From: a candidate division FCPU426 bacterium
GTDB lineage: Bacteria; Oederibacteriota; Muellerivitia; Muellerivitales; Muellerivitaceae
NCBI GenBank assembly: GCA_963847625.1
Contig: CAWKAR010000053.1
Location: forward strand, 1-12,663
DNA: 12,663 nucleotides
Direction of reading: 5' to 3'
Part shown: in pieces, positions 7,285-12,663 of the stretch
Position numbering within the stretch: the first letter of the stretch is position 1
Layout of the letters: each line of letters begins with the position of its first letter
Position numbers and translations under genes: made by a program
Notes under the pieces: generated by a model
Seen by the model: the letters and a program-made list of their open reading frames with translations, nothing else
Database searches by the model: none
What the model was told of the DNA's origin: nothing

Positions 7285-8001
7285 TTAGGGGAAAGAGCGT
7301 GCTTTTTTGCAAAGATACAGGGCGTAATATTCATCCCCCCCTACCCGTTTCCAATCGAATCCGGCGTGTTCCAGAATGGATTCCATGATCCATGAGAAGG
7401 TCGAATATTCTTCCTTCAGATGGGTACGGGCCTCGTCCCCGTTACCCGTCTTCTCCCCCATCTGAACGATCCAGTCAAGGGAACGTTCCTTATACTGTTC
7501 GGGTGGATAGGAGAAAATCACATCCCCCAGGAAAAGTCGTCCTTCGGCCTTCATCATCCGGTTGATTTTTAAAAGGGCAGCCATTTTCCAGAAATCCGGC
7601 AGGTGGTGCAAGGCAGCATTGGTGACCACGGCGTCCACGGAGGCGTCTTCTCGTCCATGCGTCAGGAAGCCGCCTTGTTGGAAGGTGATATTTTTGACAT
7701 TGGCGTCCTCGGCTTTTTTACGGGCGTAATCGAGCATAGTCTTCGAGACGTCCAGGCCGTAAAGTCGGTTGCAGCAACGGGCCAGGTGGATGGTCAGCCC
7801 ACCAGTACCGCATCCGATCTCCACGACTGTCTGGTGGGCCTTCAGATCGAGGACCTGCTTTATTAAACCGCTTTCCCTGGCGTAATCCCTGAAGGAAAGC
7901 ATTTTGGCGTCGTATTCCATCACCTTACAGGGATCCGTGTAATCGGTCCCCTTGGGAAGGGATTCATTATACAAGTATTGATCCAGTTCGGGTTCGGTCA
8001 A
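7285..8001 (-). CDS. Class I SAM-dependent methyltransferase (about 238 aa)
   Basis: Motif I VVEIGCGTGG, then YGLDVSKTMLDYA, DAVVTNAALHHLPD, GRLFLGD. Start placed at TTG 8001 (AGGGG SD, no overlap with the upstream gene); the ORF-track start at 8076 overlaps the upstream CDS. Confidence 0.9.
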   Translation of the reverse strand: MTEPELDQYLYNESLPKGTDYTDPCKVMEYDAKMLSFRDYARESGLIKQVLDLKAHQTVVEIGCGTGGLTIHLARCCNRLYGLDVSKTMLDYARKKAEDANVKNITFQQGGFLTHGREDASVDAVVTNAALHHLPDFWKMAALLKINRMMKAEGRLFLGDVIFSYPPEQYKERSLDWIVQMGEKTGNGDEARTHLKEEYSTFSWIMESILEHAGFDWKRVGGDEYYALYLCKKARSFP

Positions 8002-8023
8002 GGCAACCCCTGTCCAATCGGAA

Positions 8024-8911
8024 TTAAGGCCAAGCAATGTTATAAAAAATAGGCCCCAATTTCCTGATTTTCTCATCCACCCTATTCACCTCTTCCAGAA
8101 GAATGTCGGGTTGATCCGACTTTTTTGCCTCTTCCCGGAGGTACTCGTTGATCAAAAGCAGAAGTCCCGCCACGTTCTTTTTTTTCTCGAAATCCATTTC
8201 CTGGTCGGCCAGGCTCTCGTCCAGCAAGGAATAAAACTTTTGAAAGAGCTTTGCATCCACCCGGCCTGAGACTTTCACCAAGCCCAGCATGTCGAACATG
8301 AGCCGATCCATCTTTTTCTCAATTTGAAGGGCCCGGAGGGCCTTCGGATCGAGAGCTGAAGGGGGGAGGTGGAAAAACAGGTTTCGCGCGGCTTCCTGGG
8401 CCTCACCGAATATGGCGTGCCCCCGTATGGTTTCCACCAATTCCTCCGGTTCAAACTCAGGCGGTTCCCGGAAATACGACCGTTGATCCCGGATGATGGA
8501 CCCCTGGAGGCGGGCCAGGCCGACGGCCACGCTGGACGCCAGGATGAACTGCAGGGCATCGCCCCAACGCTCCTGGCTTCCCACAGCTTTCACGCTGGCC
8601 TTCCATCTTCCGGCTTCGGATGTGTTTTCAACTGTTTCATACCAAAGGATTTGAACTCTCTCTTCCAAACCCCGGAATTTCATCCACAAGGACGGGCTTT
8701 GTTTATCACAAAGAAACTCACTTTCCACTTCCTGAAGCCCGTCGTATTCTTCCCTTTCGGCGATTAAGTCCGGGATCCGGTTCATGGCCAGGATTTCCAT
8801 GAGAGCCTGCCCGGTCTGATAGCAGAGTTCCCCTGCCGTGAATTCTCGTTCGCAATCGATGGCTAATTCTAGGATCATTCTAAGTCTCAAATCTTCCGGG
8901 ATTTCCCCCAT
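8024..8911 (-). CDS. Hypothetical protein (about 295 aa), acidic, apparently two domains
   Basis: Long co-oriented ORF filling the gap between pyk and the methyltransferase, with protein-like composition. Start uncertain (TTG 8914, ATG 8911 or ATG 8878). No firm family motif. Confidence 0.8.
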   Translation of the reverse strand: MGEIPEDLRLRMILELAIDCEREFTAGELCYQTGQALMEILAMNRIPDLIAEREEYDGLQEVESEFLCDKQSPSLWMKFRGLEERVQILWYETVENTSEAGRWKASVKAVGSQERWGDALQFILASSVAVGLARLQGSIIRDQRSYFREPPEFEPEELVETIRGHAIFGEAQEAARNLFFHLPPSALDPKALRALQIEKKMDRLMFDMLGLVKVSGRVDAKLFQKFYSLLDESLADQEMDFEKKKNVAGLLLLINEYLREEAKKSDQPDILLEEVNRVDEKIRKLGPIFYNIAWP

Positions 8912-9020
8912 CAAGGGTGGCCCTGATTATTTAAGAGTCCACTGGCTGGCACCATAAAAAACTGGTTTCCCGCCAAGGTGATGAGAGATGAATTCAAGTT
9001 AAACCCCCTGAAAGTACAAT

Positions 9021-9026
9021 ATTATA
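9021..9026 (-). promoter_or_regulatory. Candidate -10 box (TATAAT) upstream of the hypothetical/methyltransferase pair
   Basis: Perfect hexamer in the AT-rich part of the intergenic gap; no convincing -35. Confidence 0.35.
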
Positions 9027-9072
9027 GCGTTCCCAAGGGACTGAGGACAGGAAACAGGACCAGGCTTTTGTT

Positions 9073-10119
9073 CTAAAGTCTTTCCCGAAGAAAATGATGC
9101 TTGACCTTGAGAGAACTTTTCACCGTAAAGATGATCCGGGCCATCATTTCGACCGTTTCTACCGGATAGTCGCCAATGGCCGTTTCCTCCGACAGCATAA
9201 CGGCGTCCGTGCCGTCCAACACGGCGTTGGCCACGTCAGTGGCTTCAGCGCGGGTGGGCCGGACGTTGTGGACCATGGATTCCAGCATCTGGGTGGCGGT
9301 GATCACCGGCACGCCCCTTCGGTTGGCCTTATGGATCAAGAGCTTCTGAAGAATCGGGACCTTTTCAATTGCGACCTGCACCCCCAGGTCCCCTCGCGCC
9401 ACCATGAGGATATCCGTAACTTTCAGGATCGAATCGATGTTCTCCACCGCTTCCCCGCGCTCGATCTTGGCCACCGTGCGGATTTTTTGCCCGTGTCTTG
9501 AAGCGAACTTTTTTATCTTCTGAATATCCTGGGCTTTTTCCACAAAAGAAACCCCGAAAAGGTCCACACCGTGTTGGAGGCCGAATTCCAGGTAATTCAG
9601 ATCCATTTCGGTCACTGGTTCCACGTAAAGACGCATCCCCGGAAGATTCAGACCCTTAAAGGAATAAAGGGGCCCTCCGATAAGGACTTTGCAAAACACG
9701 TTAGTTCCCGAGATACGCAGAACCCGAAGCTGGAGAAAACCATCATTGAGATAAACCATGCCGCCTTTTTTCACGCTTTTAAGCAAATGGTCGTAATTCA
9801 CCGGTAATAAGCCGGGAGTTCCCCTGATTTTTCGGGTTGTTAAAACCACCGCTTGGCTTTTCTTCAGCAGAATCGGTTCTTTTTTGAGCTTCCCCAGCCG
9901 GATCTTCGGCCCGGGAAGGTCAATCAGGATCTCGACCGGCTTCTTCAACAAGGCGGCCGTTTCCCGGATGCGGTGGATATCCTCGCCATGCTCCTGCAAT
10001 GTCCCGTGCGCGAAATTGAGGCGCGCGATGTCCATTCCCGCCAGCATCATGCGGCGGAGGATTTTTTCTGGCCTCGATGCCGGACCTATGGTGCAGACAA
10101 TGCGGATTTTGGTCCTCAT
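9073..10119 (-). CDS. pyk: Pyruvate kinase, short form lacking the C-terminal domain (348 aa)
   Basis: Start [15 protein letters not shown] (ATGA overlap with the era stop). Motifs [74 protein letters not shown]. Confidence 0.95.
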   Translation of the reverse strand: MRTKIRIVCTIGPASRPEKILRRMMLAGMDIARLNFAHGTLQEHGEDIHRIRETAALLKKPVEILIDLPGPKIRLGKLKKEPILLKKSQAVVLTTRKIRGTPGLLPVNYDHLLKSVKKGGMVYLNDGFLQLRVLRISGTNVFCKVLIGGPLYSFKGLNLPGMRLYVEPVTEMDLNYLEFGLQHGVDLFGVSFVEKAQDIQKIKKFASRHGQKIRTVAKIERGEAVENIDSILKVTDILMVARGDLGVQVAIEKVPILQKLLIHKANRRGVPVITATQMLESMVHNVRPTRAEATDVANAVLDGTDAVMLSEETAIGDYPVETVEMMARIIFTVKSSLKVKHHFLRERL

Positions 10120-11030
10120 GCGTTTTCCTTCCGGGAATGACGATAGCCCAATTCCTTCAGGCTTTTGTCGTTTTTTCTCCAGTCCTTCAGTACCTTCACC
10201 CAAAGCTCCAGGAAAACCTTCTGGCTCGTCAGCTTTTCAATCTCTTGCCGCGCGGCCGTTCCAATCGACTTTAATTGCTGGCCCTTGGTTCCGATTAATA
10301 TACCCTTTTGGCTTTCCTTTTCCGCGTAGATCGTGGCCTGGATTAGGATGGGTTCGGGAGGCTTTCGTTCCTCGTATTTCTCGATGACCACCGCCACCCC
10401 GTAGGGTATTTCCTGTTTCATCTGGAGAAAGCATTGCTCCCGAATGAGTTCAGAGGCGATTTCCCGCATGGTTTTGTCGGTTAAATCCTCGCCGGGGAAA
10501 AGGGGAGGCTGGTGGGGCAGAAGGCCCTTGAGTTCCCGCAGAACCTCCGGAACGCCACGGCCTGACACAGCCGCGGTCCGAAATTGGGGCCAATTCCCCA
10601 CCAGTTCCCGCGCTTTTTGGGCCACTTCACCGATGCGGGCCGGTCCCGCCTGGTCGATCTTGTTAAGCACCAATAGAATGGGTTTCTTGAAGGGCCCCAG
10701 CCATTCGGCCAACAGCCGATCCTCGTCAGTGATCCCATCCCTCACGTCCAATAGGAACAATACCGCGTCCGCCCCATTCAGCGCGTCCTCCGCCTGGGCG
10801 ACCATGTAACGGGAAAGCTTGTTCTTGGCCTGATGGACCCCGGGAGTGTCATAAAAGGCGATTTGGGCTTGGTCATCCTGGAAGATGCCAGCCATGGAGG
10901 ATCGAGTGGTTTGAGGCCTGGGAGAGACAATAGCGATCTTTTGGCCCAAGGCCGCGTTCAGGAAGGTGGACTTGCCCACGTTGGGCCTGCCAAGGATGGC
11001 CACCGCGCCGGAAATAAATTCGGTATTCAT
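10116..11030 (-). CDS. era: GTPase Era (about 304 aa)
   Basis: G1 [22 protein letters not shown]3 DTPG, G4 NKID, KH region EIPY...[18 protein letters not shown]...[13 protein letters not shown]. Alternative ATG at 11066. Confidence 0.97.
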   Translation of the reverse strand: MNTEFISGAVAILGRPNVGKSTFLNAALGQKIAIVSPRPQTTRSSMAGIFQDDQAQIAFYDTPGVHQAKNKLSRYMVAQAEDALNGADAVLFLLDVRDGITDEDRLLAEWLGPFKKPILLVLNKIDQAGPARIGEVAQKARELVGNWPQFRTAAVSGRGVPEVLRELKGLLPHQPPLFPGEDLTDKTMREIASELIREQCFLQMKQEIPYGVAVVIEKYEERKPPEPILIQATIYAEKESQKGILIGTKGQQLKSIGTAARQEIEKLTSQKVFLELWVKVLKDWRKNDKSLKELGYRHSRKENA

Positions 11031-11088
11031 ATTCGCCGCCAAGATGCCGGGATGTTCAGGCCACATAACGGATAAGATTCAATATTGT

Positions 11089-11856
11089 TCATGCGGCTTC
11101 GAGCTTCCTGGAAATGTCGAAAATCCGGTCTTCCGGAATCCTGAATCGATTCACCATCTCCTTGGGGTATTCCAGCACGCAGGTTTTCTTGGGCTCATGG
11201 CCGTCCGAGCCCAACGAAAACTTCAGGCCGGCGTCTAAAGCCTTTTTCAGGAGCCTCCCATAGGGGGTCAGCCATCGGTTGGAAATTTCCATGGCTGTTC
11301 CCTGTGAAAGGAGCAGTCCGATCAACTCGTCCTCCCACCACTCTGGGAAGATTTCCTCGGGTTTTCCCAAAGCCAAGGTAGGCAGCATGGAGCAATGCCC
11401 CAAGATATCGTATTTCTGCGCAGTCATTTCCTTTCTCAGGAGGCCCAGGTGGGTCTTAAAGAAACAGCCCAAATCCTTGATTTGTTCCAGGGGATTGTAA
11501 CCGGGCATTTCCCCCTTTAGGAACTTGAGGAGGTGGCTGAAACTCAGCCGGACTCCCTCGACCACCATGCCATGCACGCTTCCAATCATGTAATCGAAAC
11601 GGCTCCGGGCTTCCGGAGTCAGGAGAAAGCCCTTTCCTAAGTCCATTTCCAAGCCCCGCGCGACGGGATATTGGCCGAGGAAATCGGCATAGGCAACCAA
11701 CTTGTCATTGGAGTTTAAGTAGTCTTCCGAACCCGCGTGATCGGACAATCCCACCCGGATTCCTTCCTCGCCCGCCCTTTGAAGCACTTGTTCGATGGAT
11801 TGGCTGCCGTCTGACCATTCCGCGGTATGGGTATGGCAATCCAGCAAATTCCTCAT
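11089..11856 (-). CDS. PHP-family metal-dependent hydrolase (histidinol phosphatase/YcdX-like, 255 aa)
   Basis: Metal-ligand motifs DCHTHT..SDG, SDH, GLEMD, GSVH, ILGH, EIS, GSDGH are all present. Confidence 0.9.
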   Translation of the reverse strand: MRNLLDCHTHTAEWSDGSQSIEQVLQRAGEEGIRVGLSDHAGSEDYLNSNDKLVAYADFLGQYPVARGLEMDLGKGFLLTPEARSRFDYMIGSVHGMVVEGVRLSFSHLLKFLKGEMPGYNPLEQIKDLGCFFKTHLGLLRKEMTAQKYDILGHCSMLPTLALGKPEEIFPEWWEDELIGLLLSQGTAMEISNRWLTPYGRLLKKALDAGLKFSLGSDGHEPKKTCVLEYPKEMVNRFRIPEDRIFDISRKLEAA

Positions 11857-12662
11857 GGTTCAGAGTTCTTCTTCTCGGACGGCTCACCCGTTTCGGGCGG
11901 CGGGGAGGTCTTGGCTTTCTTTTTCCGGGGCCTGTGGTTTGGAACCGGAACAGGCACCGGTTCGGGAAGGGGCGTTTCCCTTTTCACGATCTTGACCTTG
12001 ATGATTTTGCGGTCGCTGGCCTCCAGAATGGTGTAAACAGCCTCCCGATCCTCGATCACCCGGCCCTTCTTGGGGAACCGGCCGACCCGCTTGCTGAGGT
12101 ACCCCCCGAAAGTAGCCACGTCGCCGTCCGAAACGAGATAGATCCCGGTGGCCTCGTTCACTTCGTCCAAAGGCACGCTGGCGTCCACAATCCAGGAGCC
12201 GTCTTCCTGCTTGGTGATGAGTTTTACTTCCTCGCTGTCGTATTCGTCGCGGATTTCCCCCACGATTTCCTCCACCAGGTCCTCCATCGTCACTAGGCCG
12301 GCGGTGCCGCCATACTCATCGACAACCACGGCCATGTGGATACTGCCCCGCTGGAATTCCTTCAGGAGGCGGTCCACCCGCATGGTTTCCGGTACGAAAT
12401 GGGGCTTTCGCAATAGGTCCTGGAGCACAATGAGTTCCCTGTTTTTCCAGATAGAAATCAGGTCCCGCGTGTTCACGATGCCCACGATATTGTCCAGGTT
12501 TCCCTTGAAAACGGGCATACGGGAAAATCCGTTTTGCACCACCAGGTCCAACAGTCGGTCCAGGTTGGTGTTGATGTCCACGCAGAACATCTCCGTGCGG
12601 GGGATCATGACTTCATTCACTTTGGTGTCGGTGAACTTCAGGACGGAGTGGATCATGTCCGT
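11853..12662 (-). CDS. CorC/HlyC (hemolysin/CNNM-type) CBS-pair protein, 5' partial
   Basis: VNEVMIPR, GFSRMPV, HMAVVVDEYGGTAGLVTMEDLVEEIVGEIRDEYD, then a CorC_HlyC-like C-terminal domain. The frame is open to the right edge. Confidence 0.93.
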   Translation of the reverse strand, partial: TDMIHSVLKFTDTKVNEVMIPRTEMFCVDINTNLDRLLDLVVQNGFSRMPVFKGNLDNIVGIVNTRDLISIWKNRELIVLQDLLRKPHFVPETMRVDRLLKEFQRGSIHMAVVVDEYGGTAGLVTMEDLVEEIVGEIRDEYDSEEVKLITKQEDGSWIVDASVPLDEVNEATGIYLVSDGDVATFGGYLSKRVGRFPKKGRVIEDREAVYTILEASDRKIIKVKIVKRETPLPEPVPVPVPNHRPRKKKAKTSPPPETGEPSEKKNSEP

Positions 12663-12663
12663 T

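Noticed and set aside
9044..9064. Short CAGG/AGGAC iterations after the pyk stop
   Set aside because: Too short and irregular to distinguish from chance; no hairpin or U-tract.
10120..10203. N-terminal extension of pyk in the ORF track
   Set aside because: Lies within the era 3' end; PK similarity begins at ATG 10119.

Overview
Bacterial chromosomal window; every credible gene is on the minus strand. Reading in transcription direction (right to left): a partial CorC/HlyC-type CBS-domain protein, a PHP-family metallohydrolase, era, a short pyruvate kinase (348 aa, no C-terminal domain), a ~295 aa hypothetical protein with a possible immunity-like two-domain layout, a class I SAM methyltransferase, and a seven-gene efflux operon (TetR regulator, TolC-family channel, HlyD-family adaptor, two ABC ATPases, two ABC-2 permeases) resembling E. 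coli cecR-ybhGFSR plus its own outer-membrane factor. At the left end a perfect-consensus sigma70 promoter drives a structured leader towards something outside the window. The TolC points to a diderm host. I see no CRISPR array, RNA gene, transposase or integrase, and I cannot support a claim of a large novel system. The best second-look items are: a 77 bp three-hairpin REP-like element between exact 10 bp direct repeats inside the efflux operon; the truncated, K+-independent-type pyruvate kinase coupled to era; the orphan hypothetical protein; and the promoter/operator/terminator-like leader at 36-194. All family calls come from motif recognition by eye, not database searches.
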